64,000 bases of DNA, taken from the human T2T-CHM13v2.0 reference genome, Homo sapiens. Below the pieces are notes generated by a model. That model saw only the letters and a list, made by a program, of their open reading frames with translations. It was not told the origin of the DNA and made no database searches. The translations under genes and the position numbers were made by a program. Positions 1 through 14,908 of the stretch are shown in pieces (positions within the stretch are counted from its first letter, which is position 1; each line of letters starts with the position of its first letter). Location: assembly GCF_009914755.1 (NCBI RefSeq), contig NC_060926.1; one strand, given 5' to 3'.

Positions 1-1097
1 AATGCATGTTTACTAAAGTGAAAAGAAACTGATGAACAAAGTAGAACAGAAATTGTGATTGAGGTCACATCAACAATTTCAACAAATCAACAAAGGCATT
101 ACAGGGAATGAACTTAGTTCCTTCCTAATAGCATTTCGGCTGGTTTCCATATTGCTCTTTTTTTCTGTTATTATGCGGTTAATGCAATCTAATTCAGTAA
201 TGTCTTCTGAATGATTAAGCCATTTATGATTGAACCTGATGAAGGAAATGAGAAAAGCCTCTTAAACATCTAAATATGATAATTTGTATTAACTGCTGTA
301 AATCACAATCAGAATGCTATTGAAGTCAACATTTTACTCAGGTACAAATATTTCTAGAATTGAGAATGTTCATCAATATTTGTAATGAAACTTAGAAAAG
401 AAATTAGGACTCTTGACATTATAACTATTTTTATAGTTTGCAGAGTTTTCTCTCTGAATATTTTGTGGTGCTATTAGTGCTCCCTCTTCACGAACAGCAA
501 GTGAAAACATTAGGCTAAGCAGTGAATTGTTCATGCCAGTGCCCTTCCATATATCAAAGGGAGAAAAATAGACATCATAGAGAGATAGGATCTGATATAC
601 AATGTTTTGCAGAATAATTCATGTTATGAAGTGTGTAGGAAGGTACATCAATCTGCAAATTAGTTAGAATTTATCTTTTTTTAATTTACCACTTTTTAAA
701 AATATATTTGTCATTATTTTTAATGTTAATGAACATTTTCCCTCATATACATTTAACAAATATTAATATATTTGAATAATAAACATGAATTAATTATTCT
801 AGAATGTTTTCTTCTGTTAAAATAATCCCTGAATGTGCTTTCACAACTCTCACACTTTTAAATAATTTGTACATGGTCAAAGATGAGCACTGTACTGATT
901 TTTTAAAAATCTAGAGCGAGAATCTGTGTCGTAACCTATACAAATGGGGACATGACTCCAGGCTTTGGTTCCAGGCTCAGTTGATGCCAGGCAAGATTAA
1001 TGCATATCTGCCACTGCACTTTGATGAATAGAATACTCATCAGTGTGGGTTGTACAATAACAAGGCTGCGTTGTGTTGTGATAAGGTGATATTATAG

Positions 1098-1460
<363 letters not shown>

Positions 1461-1778
1461 TTAGAAGCTTCTTATCTAAATATGTATTATCTACAAATAT
1501 TTATATAAATATTTTTCAAGTTTAAATATATGTGCAATGAATTACTTTAAAAGAGGATATTTCACCGAGGTAAATAAAATAATTTTCCTTGAACAAGATT
1601 TAAAAAATAATGAGGGGGTAAGGTCAATTAAGATTTGTATAAAGTGACACTACGAAGACCTGTTAATTCTTCAACGAGTGCTGATAGAACATAATCTGTA
1701 TAAAATGAAAGAACACAATAAATCCCATATTTCTGCACAGTCTCTCAAAGCAAGCATGTGTGCTCTGTAGATTTTATG

Positions 1779-2236
1779 CAGTTCTGCCCTTAGACCTAGG
1801 CAAGCAGGACTTCTGTCTTGGATCCTATGCCTCTGGGGGCTTCATGTTTCAGAATACCTTCTTTGAAGTATTCTAAATTCCTTCCCCTTCAGTGTCTGGG
1901 ACAGGGCCAGGCTAGTGGTACTTTCTGGATAGGGTACCTCATATTTGGACTAGGAGCCACATGGGCCCTGGGGAGCTCTTCAACCCTTTGTCTCGTGTGT
2001 AAAGTTGGCCAGCTACCCTGGGAGCTCTGGGACACATTCATTCCTCTGGGGCTGTCCAAAGACCTTGCAGTCAGGTCTCAATTGTAGTACAGTACCACTC
2101 TGACGGAACCATGTTAAGAGTGAGTCACCAGTATGGTTCTGACAAGGTTAACTTATGTGGCTTAAACTGTATATGTAGATAGGAACACCACAAAAAGTTC
2201 TTGTCCAGGGTCTTGAATACTCTAGGGGCAACCCTG
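1779..2236. mobile_element. Non-autonomous hAT DNA transposon relic (Tip100/MER91-like)
   Basis: GC-richer island with imperfect terminal inverted repeats (CAGTTCTGCCCTTAG ... CTAGGGGCAACCCTG) and 8-bp flanks ATTTTATG/ATTACATG (6/8 match), the hAT TSD length. Confidence 0.6.
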
Positions 2237-2574
2237 ATTACATGCCATTAAAGCTTAACTTTCCTGTTGATAAAAATTATACAATCTTCAATGTGATTCA
2301 TGCTACACATTTGAACAATAGATCTGTGATACCTGACAAGGTACAATGTCATTTTGAAGCAAACACAGTGAACATGAAAATAAATCTCTTGGTTTCTTTC
2401 ATCAAAAATAAAACAAGCTAATGTTTTGAAACATTATGCCAATAAATTTTGAAGCCAACGATGAAAATGTTATTTCACCACTACTCAGGGAAGTTACTAC
2501 ATCACACATCAGGAAGAAGCATACACAATTAGGAAAAAATAAATATTGAACCTGTCCTAATGATGGAGTGGTTT

Positions 2575-3099
2575 TCTTGTGAACTTTTGTTACAAAACAA
2601 GCCAGTCCGAAACCCAGTGGCTTACAGCAACAGCCATAAGTTATTTTACTCACATGTCTTCAATTTGAGTAAAGTTCATAAGGAATGGCTTTCATTGTTC
2701 CACACGGCATCAGCTAAAGCATTTCAAATAGGGCTGAAGGATCCAATTCCAGCATGGTTCACTTACCAGGTTAGAAAAATTGATATTGGGTGTTGGCTGA
2801 AATCTCAGTCAAGGCTGTCAGCAGGCCTCAAATCCTCTCTATCAGGGACTTTTGCTAATTGGACTTACTCATAGCATGGCAGCTGGGTTTCAAGAGTGAC
2901 TGTTCCAAATGATGAGAAATAAAAACAGTCAGTATCTTCATTTTGGGGACAAGAAATTGGCTCAGTATCATTTGTGGGATATTCTGTTGGTCAAGGGAGT
3001 TGCAAAGCTCCTACTTGTGATTCAAGAGGAGAGGACAGGTACCCCATTTTTCAATAGGAGCAATGTCAGAGTATCTGTGACTAGCTTTAATTTACTACA
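2575..3099 (-). mobile_element. MLT1 (MaLR) solo LTR, MLT1G/H-like
   Basis: Reverse complement begins TGTAGTAAATTAAAG...; contains typical MLT1 blocks (CAGTGGCTTACAGCAACA, AGCATGGCAGCTGG, ATTCTGTTGGTCAA). Confidence 0.75.
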
Positions 3100-3458
3100 A
3101 GACAAGCAATTAACCATAAAAATACAGTTAGAATCATTGTCTAATTTCAAAGAAATTGTCTAGAATCCAAAGGAAAACTTTCCATTCTAAACGATGTAGT
3201 GTGAATAAAAGAAGTTTAAAAATGCCTTTGCTGTTAAGGGCCAGTGAAGACACGCAACCAGAAAATGATACTGAGTCTATGGAAATAAGTAAGGTAAGTA
3301 AGGAAACTGTTGTTTCATGCCATTGCTGAGCTGTTTGGAAAACTTCACCTGGAGCTACACTGTGTCTGAAACTTACAAGTATATGAACAGCTACATTTCC
3401 CACATTGTTTAATTTCAGTGAGCTTTACTGTTAGTTGCAACTAAGGTTATACTACCTA

Positions 3459-3889
<431 letters not shown>

Positions 3890-4573
3890 TTAATCTAGTG
3901 CTCCTTCCACCACACTGTTGTGCTTTTCCGATTTCCGTATTTCACACCTGGTATTTTCATCCTGTGCTACATTTCTGCTTATATCTTGAAGTTGCTTGAA
4001 ATATTTGCTTGAATAAGGCAGGTATAAAATAAATAAATAAGTTAAATAAATTGCCGCAACAAATTCTTTAGAAGTTAACACAATTACTTGCAGATCCATT
4101 TTTATAGTGAATTTTCTTACTTATGGCCTTTGTAAAGACAAATCATACAAAGATATCTGGGTCAAATACCAGTTGTTGAATCAGTTGAAGGTCTGCAAAA
4201 GTCAGTAGTGCAGTGTTGCAATGAACAGTTTAGTGTTTTCCCTTTAAAATGTTGTCTGAGAATTATTTTCAGATTTGAAAGTCCTGCCTAAAGCCTTTTG
4301 AAACAGATTCTTCTGAATGTAATATTTTTCTGTTCATCATTAATTGTCTTTTGGAAAATGATGTAAATGAGTTTTACCACAGGCAAGATGGGGGCTCAGT
4401 TACAATTCCTTCCAATGCTAATGGCAGATTTTTGAGAAAACAGTAATGCTTCATAAGAGGACTTCAAGTATCTAGAAAGAAATCGTGAAAATTCTTGAGT
4501 ATTGAATTAATAAACCCTAATGCTAATATTATTACTATATTACTACTAAGAAAATGAATAATGATAATCCACA

Positions 4574-4850
4574 CATTCATTCATTCATTCAACTAGTGTT
4601 ATTGAGCCCCTTGAGTTATAAGAGAGACCAAATTATGTGAAGAATAATGTACTAAGAGATTGAGGTGGGAAAGATCTTAGTATATTCCAGTATATTGGTT
4701 AACAATAGTAGCTAGCATTAATACCTTATTTATTATGTTCTTGAAACTTATAATTCTATTTGCAGGCATTTAATTCTTACCATCATCTTATCATTTAGTT
4801 TCTATGCCTATATTCTTTTTGGAGATGAAGAAACTGAAATGTTGTCCACT
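4574..4850 (-). mobile_element. L2 3' end and MIR remnants
   Basis: (CATT)n...ATTGAGC L2 tail; MIR core GATGAAGAAACTGA. Confidence 0.5.
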
Positions 4851-5635
4851 TCTATATGTATTTATGGTGAGACAAGTGCTTTATGGTGGTTAAATATATC
4901 ACAAGGTAGTAAATAAAGAAGGCAGATTAAAAGCAAAAAGAATATCAAAGTTTTGCTGTCTGAGGTAAATAAAAATTTTTACAATAATTATCTCTGATGG
5001 TAAGCCTATATATAATATTTATTTGCTTTATAACTTCATGTATTTTCCAAATTTGTTTTTTAAATTCATTTCTTACATTTGTGTGATTTCTATAATAAAA
5101 ATAGATAGTATTTAAACACTTAAAATAGGCACACAAAACAAATGTAAAAACCTAAAACTTGGCTAGATATCCTTCATATTCTGCCTACATGAGTCTAGCT
5201 TTGAATACTGCTGAGAAGGAAGACGATCAAGCCACAGGGTCAACTTACACCAATACTCAATGAGTCTTGAAAGGCTCAGGTTGGATAAGCCCCAAAATAT
5301 TCAGCTGTGCAATTGAAACTTAACCCGTATCATCTAACCCTCTGAGGTTTATATTGTAATACTGAAGATAAAATATGGCTGAACTGAGTAGATAAAAGCC
5401 AGAAGTATAGTTAAACTCATTTTTTCTTATAGAATTTTGAATTTATTGGTGCCATTATTACTAAAGGCATTTTAATAATATAAATTAAAATATGAATTAA
5501 GTTATAAGCTGGAAAGTGTTTATGTTTTTACTTTTAATTACAGCTTAAAAATGGCATCAATATTTGTTTTTCCCTGTCGATATAATTGATAGGTATTTAT
5601 GTAAACACACTTTCACACAGATATACACACATGCA

Positions 5636-5804
5636 TATATATAATATATATTATATTATATATAATATATTTACTATTAAGTATTTATATAATATATATT
5701 ATGTTATATAGAATATATTTACTAAGTATTAATAGTAAATAAGACTAGTTTTTAATCTCTTATTTGTTGTTTGATTTAAAAAATCAAATAAGAGATTAAA
5801 AACT
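5636..5804. repeat. AT-rich low-complexity tract with inverted repeats
   Basis: (TA)-rich tract; 13-bp inverted pair 5668-5680/5729-5741 and perfect 20-bp inverted pair 5747-5766/5785-5804. Confidence 0.85.
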
Positions 5805-6379
5805 GTAGTAAAACTTTATGCATATTGCGTATCATTCAGATACTTATTTGTGTAGGTACACATACAGAGATAGCAGTTCAGCACTGTTATATGTCCATCT
5901 ATTTCTCTCAGATAACACAACCTACATCAAACAAATATACTGCTTGCTCTTAGTATACATAAAATTCTGCTCTCCAAATTGATTTTTGACTAAAGGTAGT
6001 AAATATTTTTGCTTGACAATAAAAATAAATCTTTGTCATCAGTTTAAATACCTGCATACTATTTCATTATATGGCTAAATTATAATTTACTGAAATTTTC
6101 TTTTAATGATGTACATTTAGATTATCCATTACATGTCACTAGGTAAAGTACATTCCTAAAAGGAAGACAGAACAATCACCTGAAGAATTATTATGAAAAT
6201 TGTTTAAATAAATGTATACCAAAAATTGGTACAATATCAGATGCACAGCAGCTAAAATATACATCTTTCAGATGAGGAATATAACCAAAGAGTCTACTAT
6301 AAAGTAGGATATAATGCAGATGATCACCTTGAACACTTTCAAACTAGGACCAATGTAAGCAATTATACAAGTGAGAAAT

Positions 6380-6530
6380 GTAGAAGATCTAAAAGCTGAG
6401 ACCTAACATATATTATTTTAAAAATTAAAGGTTAGTACACAGAAGACAGATTAGGTCCTTGCATATAGTATCAGGAGATAAAGCTAAGATCAGCAGGGGA
6501 AGTTGCATAGAGAAAAATAATGGCTCTGAA
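6380..6530 (+). mobile_element. L3/CR1 remnant
   Basis: Weak resemblance to recalled L3 blocks (GAAGACAGATTAGG...AGCTAAGATCAGCAGGGGAAGTT). Confidence 0.35.
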
Positions 6531-8093
6531 TTACAATGGTTCCAAACCTCTGTGGCTGAATAAAATTGCGTCAGCCACTCAGCTTCTGGCTAGAACGGAG
6601 TAACAGAGAGCCTTTTCGCTCTTTCATCCGAAGCAACCAAAAAGTCAATGAAAATAACTATTCAGTGGTTTGTAAGAAAAGGTAAATGAAACAACAAAGG
6701 ACAGTGGTCACTACAAGACACGAAACACATCAGGTAAGCTCTGATTGCCCCAGCGTAAGGCCTTCAGAGGTAATATACTGTTTAAACAAACAGGCAAAAA
6801 AGAAAATGTAATATGGGATTTTTAAAAATACATTTAAAAGTAAAATGTATCCCAGTAACAACATGGACATGTGGAAAGGAGACATGGAAGTACATTATAG
6901 TAAAGTTGTTATATGTAAAATGGTATATCACTTGAAAGTAGACTGAAACGTTAAAGATGCATATATAAATGCTAAAGCAACTACATACATAACAAAGATT
7001 TATAGCAAATAAGCTATGAAAGGAGATAAAACAGAATTATAAAATATTTTCAATTTCTTTCCAAAGAGGACATAAAAACCTGTACAAAGTACAGCTGGGA
7101 CAAATAGAAACAACTGTGTGCTTATAGAATAAAACCTAACAATACCAATAAATCAATTAAATAGAAAATGTCTAAATATTCCAACGAATTTGGAGATGGT
7201 CAGATTTGATTAAAAAAATAAACAAGTCCAAGCCTATACTGGCTACAAGTAATGCACTTTAATTATAGAGTCAAATATATTAAAAATTAAAGGATGGAAC
7301 AAATGCCATGCCAACACCAATCAAAGGAAAGCTAGCATGCCTGTAAGATCAGGAAAAGATATCTTAGAGGAAAAAATATTAACAGAGAAAAAAATGTCCC
7401 TGATAAAAGGTCAGTTTGTTAACAGGACATAAAAATTCTAAATGTTTATGTACCTAATAACAGAACTTCAAAATACATGCAATTAAAACAGAACTTTCAG
7501 GAGAAACAGACAAATCCAAACTTAGACTAAGAAGTTCAAATAGCACCTTTCAATAATGGCTGAAACAAGTAAATAGAACATTAGTAAACATAAAGATTTG
7601 AGCAACACTATTATGCAACTTGACCTTATTGACCTTCACAGAACATTGTATTCAACAAGGATAAAATATATGTTACTTTCTAATGAATACACTTCAGATT
7701 GACCACATTTTGGGCTATAAACCAGTTGTAATAAGTTTAAAGGAGTTCAAGTTATTCAAAGTATATTCTGTGACCAAAATGGATTTATATTAAAAATTAA
7801 TAATAGAAGATGCTTAGAAAACCCCAAATATTGGAAGACTAAATAAAATTCTATTACCTTATGGGCAAATGAAGAAATGTAACTTCAGGGCCAGATGTAT
7901 TTATTGGTGAAATCTATGCAACATTTAGGAGGAAATAATACCAGTTCAACACAAACTTTTCCAGAATATTGAAGAAGAGGGAATACTTTATAATTTATTG
8001 TATGATATCAGCGTTACTCTGATATCAAAGTTATAAAAAGTCGTTACAAACGAAGAAAAGTACAGACCAATATATCCTATAAATATGAATGCA

Positions 8094-8380
8094 GGCCTGG
8101 TGCATGCTTATAATGCCAACAATTTGGGAAGTTGAGGAGAGATGATTGCTTGAGGCCAGGAGTTTGAGACTATTCTGGGCATCATGAAGAGACTCTGTGT
8201 CTACAAAAAATGTAAAAATTTAGCCTGGCATGGTGGCAAGTGCCTGTAGTCCTAGTTATTTGGGAGGCTGAAGTGGGAGGATTGCTTGAGCTCAGGATTT
8301 GTAGGCTGCAGTGAGCTGTGATCACCCCACTGCATTCTAGCTTGGGTGAAAGAGCCCCCTCTCTAAAAATAAAAATAAAA
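8094..8380 (+). mobile_element. Alu (AluJ)
   Basis: GATTGCTTGAGGCCAGGAGTTTGAGAC and GGAGGATTGCTTGAGC J-type motifs; heavily CpG-decayed. Confidence 0.9.
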
Positions 8381-8423
8381 TGTTACATAAAATTTTAGCA
8401 AATCTAACAATATATAAAAATGA

Positions 8424-8802
<379 letters not shown>

Positions 8803-8875
8803 CCAAGTATGCTTTTTAATAAGATATTGGTTTAACAATTAGAAATCAATCAATGTAACATCAATTCTTGATTAA

Positions 8876-8912
8876 ACACACACACACACACACACAAACG
8901 CACACACACACA
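8876..8912. repeat. Interrupted (CA)n microsatellite
   Basis: Direct inspection. Confidence 0.9.
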
Positions 8913-10914
8913 CCTCATGGCAAACTTGGAATACAAAGAAACTTCCTCAACTTGATAAAGAGCATTTATGGAAAACCCATAACTAATATATTTAATGTTG
9001 AAAGACTGCCCTATCCTAAAAACTGGCAATGAGACAATAATATCTGCTTTCTCAATTCTATTCATTATTGTACTGGACTTTCTAATTAGTGCAATCAAGT
9101 AAGGAAAAGAAATAACAGGCATCCTCGTCAGAAAGAAAGAAGTAAAATTGTCTATTCTTAGACAATATGAATGCTTTCTTAGGAATCTAACAGAATCTAC
9201 AAACAAACTATTAGGACTAATAAACGAGTTTAGTAAGGTTGCCAGATACATTAATATACAACAATCCATTTGATCTCTTTGTATAAGGAACACACATTTT
9301 AAATTTGAAATTTGAAAAATATTATTTAGCATCAAAAAATGAATACTTAGGAAAAACTTGAAAACATATATAAAAGACGTATAATACCAGAAAACACAAG
9401 GCACTGTTTAGATAAGCTAAAGTGTACCTGAACAAATGGAGAGATATGTCATGTTCATGTGTCAGAAGATTCAGTATTGTTAAGATGTAAATTCTCTCCT
9501 AATTGATTTATAGGTTCAAAAAAATCCCAATAACAATTTCAGTAGCCTCTTTTTGTAGAAATTAGGCAATTGATTATAAAATTCATATAGAAATGCAAAG
9601 ACCCAGAATATCCAGAACAATTTTGAAAAAGAATGAGGTTGGAGGACTAATACAACTTGATATCAAAAATTATTATAAACCTCTGGTAATCAAAACAATG
9701 CAGAATTAAGATTAAGGTAGACAAATGAATGAAATGAAATAGAGAGTTCAGAAATAGATATTTGTAGATAAGTGTTTTCCTAAGTATGGAAAAACATCTC
9801 AGTGGAGAAGTGATAGTCTTTTGAAAAAATAATGTTGAACCAATTGGCCATTTACCATTTACATGCAAGAAGAAAGAACTTTAATTCATTTCTCATAGCA
9901 TATACAAAAATTGAATGAAAATGGATCACGGGTCTTAAAATTGGGAAAAGCAAAGTGAAATGAAAGATAAGAAACAACCATTATAATTTTGTGCTGGGCA
10001 AAAGTGTCTTAGCTATAACACCAAAAGTATTGCCACAGAGTTTTTGCTCTATAAAATATATGAGAATGACATAGAAGAAAAGGAAATATTTGCAAATCAC
10101 ATATCTGTGAAAAAGTTTGTAAATACTAGGTAAAGAACTCTCAAAACAGAATACAATATTAAAAACAGGCAAAAGATTTTACAGGAAGCTAACAAAGGAA
10201 ATATTAGAATATCAAATACACACATAAAAAGATACTCAACTTCATTAAACCCAAGGAAACACAAATTAATACAAAACTGAGGTATGAAAACAAATTATTA
10301 AATAAATAAAAATAAAAAGTTTGTACATACCAAATTTGGCCAGGATATGGAAGAGCTGGAACTCTCATACATTTCTGGTGAATGTATAATGTTGAAACTA
10401 ATTTGGAAATTATCTTGGCAACTTCCTGAAAAGTTAAACATAACATATCATATGATTTACGTCACCCCACTTGGAGATATTTACTCAGGAGAAATGAAAG
10501 CATTTGTACATACTAGGGCTTATATCAGAAATATCCATAGTCCTTTTATGATAGCTGAAAAAAGAAACAAACCAAAGGCTCATCCACAGATGAATAAATA
10601 AACTGTTATCTGCTCATGTAATGAAATGCTATTTAGCAATAAAAAGGAATAAACTGTTGATATACAAAAAATAACTATGATTCATGAAAGAGGCAAGCCT
10701 AAAAAACATCATACTTTATGATTTCATTTACATGAAATCTAGGAAGTACAAACTATCATCTAGTGAAAGAAAGGAAATCACTGGCTGCCTGGGAATCGGG
10801 TAGGGAAAAGAGGGGAGGAAAGGATCACAAGAAGCACTAAGAAACTTGTGTAGGTGATGGATATGTTCATTATTTTGATTGTTATTATAGTGTCATGGAT
10901 GTGTACTTATTTTA

Positions 10915-11384
<470 letters not shown>

Positions 11385-13299
11385 TTAAATGTGTTAGACA
11401 TAAACAGCATGTGTCATATGACTATATTTTCCTTTTACATTTCCAAACAATAATATTCTAGGATGATAGCTGCATGCCACCATTTATGAGCTCATTCTTG
11501 TCAAATGCTCTCTCCATCAAAGATTTGAATTTTCCTGTGGGTGAGGAAAGTTATCATTTTAGGAAAAATAAGAATGGTTCTGATCATGTGATACCAAAAC
11601 CTACAATTCAGTCCAAATATATTCACCATGCAGTGTAGCCTCTGGTTTAAAACTGAGAAAATATAATGAGAAAAAAATGCAGTGGATCAAATAAAATGAA
11701 AGGAAAGAAAGAAAAAGACAGAAAAGAAAAGAAAAGGAAAATCCTCATCTGAGAGTCATCCACCTGTCTTCCTTGCATGACAGGGTACAGGTTATTTCTT
11801 CTTTCATCAGTGACCTAGCTATTTGGCATTATGAATGGAATATGGATCTAGTGGTCTTTCTGGATGTTATAGATCTCTCCTATATCATTAGAGACTTGAA
11901 TTCATACCTTTTGTGTGTTAGATCATAAAAAAAGGTGCAAACTGAAGGATAACTTTCATATATTGGATACACAATATTATATTGTATAGTATAGAAATAA
12001 ATTTTTTAAATTGCTAAGGAGAAATATGTGACCTAATTTTACATAAATAAGGTCTCTAGTCTATACAGCAAATTTAACTCTGGGTAATTCAATGATTCAG
12101 TGGTCTCCTTCCTGTTAAGACTTAAAAGTGAAAAGCTCAGACAAACCCATCAAGTCAGGCCACATTTTCTAATTCCTAAAGACCCTTTAGGTTCCCACTC
12201 AAATGTAAAGTAGTATCATCTGAATCTAAAACAGGTCATTATTAGGTCACTGTAGATATTAAGCCATCTCTAGGGAGTTAAATAATAAAAAACACCCTTC
12301 AGATGTGAGGCTGGAAACTGTTTGACTTATGTTAATGCTGATGTGCACTTAGTGTTTTAGAAAAGGATTTTATTACTATCTAAAAGCAGCACTATATTAA
12401 ACCCACAAATTAGCTTCTGTTCCGTTCGAATCTCATTATCTTTATGTAGGGCAAAAGTCCGGCAAGCCAGGGGCAAAATCTTACTTTCTAAATGGAGACT
12501 TCACTGGGGAAAATGATGGACTGTTAAGCCAAACAGTATTTACTGCAGAGAGTCCACATGGGACTGGGGTAAGAAGACATGAACAGTACAAAGGCATCTG
12601 TTGCCTGCTTATTGGTAGACAGGAAGATCCATTCTTTTTCCTTGGCATTTGGTGCTGCTTTCATCTTTCTAAAAATGTATTCAAAATTAATTTTTAGTTC
12701 CTTGCTTTTAAAAATTCCTTTTGGGTACTCAGTTCTAACTCAGAAACATATTCTAGCCATCACCTCTTTTCAGGCTTTTTGTAAAGATCAAGTCTTCATC
12801 TTTTCTGGGCATAGCATGAGATCACTGATTTAATACTTTGTATTTCTTTTATCTTTTCCTTTTATGATCTATCATTTATCCTAGATATTTCTTTAAAAGA
12901 CCAATGGTAATAACCAAGCAAGTATGGAGAAGATATCCTTGTAAAATGTTTGTAAAAAACAAACCTGGCTAATTAAACATTATTCAAAGGAATATTTTTT
13001 ACCTGATATACCTAATGTAAATTATTTGATGTATTTATGGGGGCAGTTAGTCATCTATAAAAATGGCTAAAAGGCTTCTTTGTCCTATAATTCTGTGAAA
13101 AAGAAGAATTAATTGAATATGATTAAAAACACATTTCAGAATTAAATCTACAAAGTTTGCTATTTGGTTAAATCAATATGAGAGTGAACCACAATAATGT
13201 TATATTTGGAGCTTTTATGTTATCCCCAAATCCCTCTTAATTCTAGAATTGGCACTATATTTACTATAAATCAGAATTTTCTATATTCTTACTTTGTAA

Positions 13300-13830
13300 A
13301 TTAAATGAATGTTTACTGAGCATTCTCTGCATTTTAGGTATGGTGATGACCACCAAGATATAATGGTGAAGAGGCATAAATGTTGCCTTTCTTGTGGAGA
13401 TAAAGCTATTTTTTATGGGGAAAAAGTGTAAATAAATAAAAAATTAAATACAGTAATGGAAATCTATGAAAAGTGCTATAGAGAAGAGAAGGAAGATGCT
13501 GCAGTATATAATATCAAGGAGGGAGGCTTCTGTAGCAAGGGCGTTTCGAGAAGGACCCTTTGAAGGAGGTTAAGAAAATGATACGTAAGCTGAAACCTGA
13601 TTGTTGAAAATAAGCTGGAAAAATGGTGAAAAGGGGAAGAGCAATCTAAGGAAAGACAACAAAAGTTTGAGAATCCTTTTCAAGATGAGTTCCAGGCATT
13701 CTAGAAAATGAAATAAACGCACAAGGTTGATGAGTTGTAAGCTTTGAAGAAGGGAAGAGCTGAGGTTAGGGAGATGAAAGGAGGAGAAAGTGGCATGAGA
13801 TGAGTAGGAGTTGGTCAAGAAGCAGATGCA
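13300..13830 (-). mobile_element. L2 remnant
   Basis: L2 3'-end pattern (TGAATGTTTACTGAGCA) followed by purine-rich antisense L2 body. Confidence 0.6.
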
Positions 13831-14460
13831 AGACCATGCATGCTTGAATTTCTCTCTTCATCTACATGTGACCCTGGCCTTACTACTTTTCATTGTATGT
13901 CCCACTGAGATAAGGCTCCTTGTTATCAATCCCTTTCTTAGTATTTGCTTGTGCTAGCACACACCAGCATAACCTCAAGAAGGCAATTTAATCTATATTC
14001 ACCATCAGTTTCTATTCACTTTAAGAAAATATACTTTTTCTTAACTATTTGGTTAGGTAAGTTTGTTTTGTAAAACTGTTGCTGAGCATTTACTTCAAAA
14101 ATTTACAGGCTCCCTCCTTCGTATCATCAGGTACCTAATGAAGATGAAATAAAAGCTTATAGAATGAGTGGAAAAAATGGGAGGCAATAGCAATAGATAT
14201 CCACCTCCTCCATCTTCCTGCTGCCATCCCTTCACCCTTGGCCTTGAAACAGAAATTTCTCAAGGGCCTAGCTCCACTTCCCCTTAACTGAGCCAGATGA
14301 CAATGCCTCCTTCTGAGCAATGCTTTAGTTGTATGGGTCACTCTCTTCCTGCACTGGAGAGGGTCAGAGGGCTGAGATTAGTTCTCAGGATGACTCCTGA
14401 TGAAAGTAATATAAAGCCACTTGTAGAAGCCCTTGCCTATATCAGGACTTCAGAGCAAAA

Positions 14461-14524
14461 TCTCCGTCTCTGTCTCTGTCTCTCTGTCTCTCTGTCTCTC
14501 TGTCTCTCTCTGTCTCTCTCTCTG

Positions 14525-14555
<31 letters not shown>
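14461..14555. repeat. Compound microsatellite (TCTG/TC)n(TA)n
   Basis: Direct inspection. Confidence 0.95.
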
Positions 14556-14557
<2 letters not shown>

Positions 14558-14566
14558 GAAGGAAAC

Positions 14567-14840
14567 AAAGTTGATAAGTTAAAGGCATATATACAATGTT
14601 AGCCACTGAACATAGCTGAAGGAATGAATAAAACTAGTTAGAAGATTTAACAACTTATTCTTGGGTTTTTAATACTTATTTGTTTCATGGCGTATACTTT
14701 TAGGTTACCTATTGATATGGATTGGCTGTTGCCCCACTCATAATTATCATCTTGAAGCTCCCATAATTATCATGTGTCATGGGAGAGACCCTGTGAGAGG
14801 TAGTTGAATCATGAGAGCATGTTTTTCCTGTGCTTTTCTT
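14567..14840 (+). repeat. Local duplicate of 16341-16612 (unique flank plus first third of THE1 LTR)
   Basis: Colinear match at offset ~1774, including a 47-bp perfect core. Confidence 0.95.
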
Positions 14841-14908
14841 ATTTATATAATATATATATATTTATATATAAATAAATATATATATATAATGTGTGTGTGT
14901 GTGTGTGA
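14841..14908. repeat. (TA)n(TG)n microsatellite
   Basis: Direct inspection. Confidence 0.9.

Noticed and set aside
100-1080. Homeobox-like motifs in non-repeat AT-rich sequence as a possible conserved enhancer
   Set aside because: Such motifs are abundant in AT-rich DNA; cannot be supported without conservation data.
3239-3299. Perfect donor AAG|GTAAGT (similarly CAG|GTAAGT at 39742-39750)
   Set aside because: No convincing paired acceptor; about one such match is expected by chance in 64 kb.
8850-9404. 184-aa minus-strand ORF
   Set aside because: Antisense to decayed L1 ORF2 and runs through a CA repeat; no recognisable domain.
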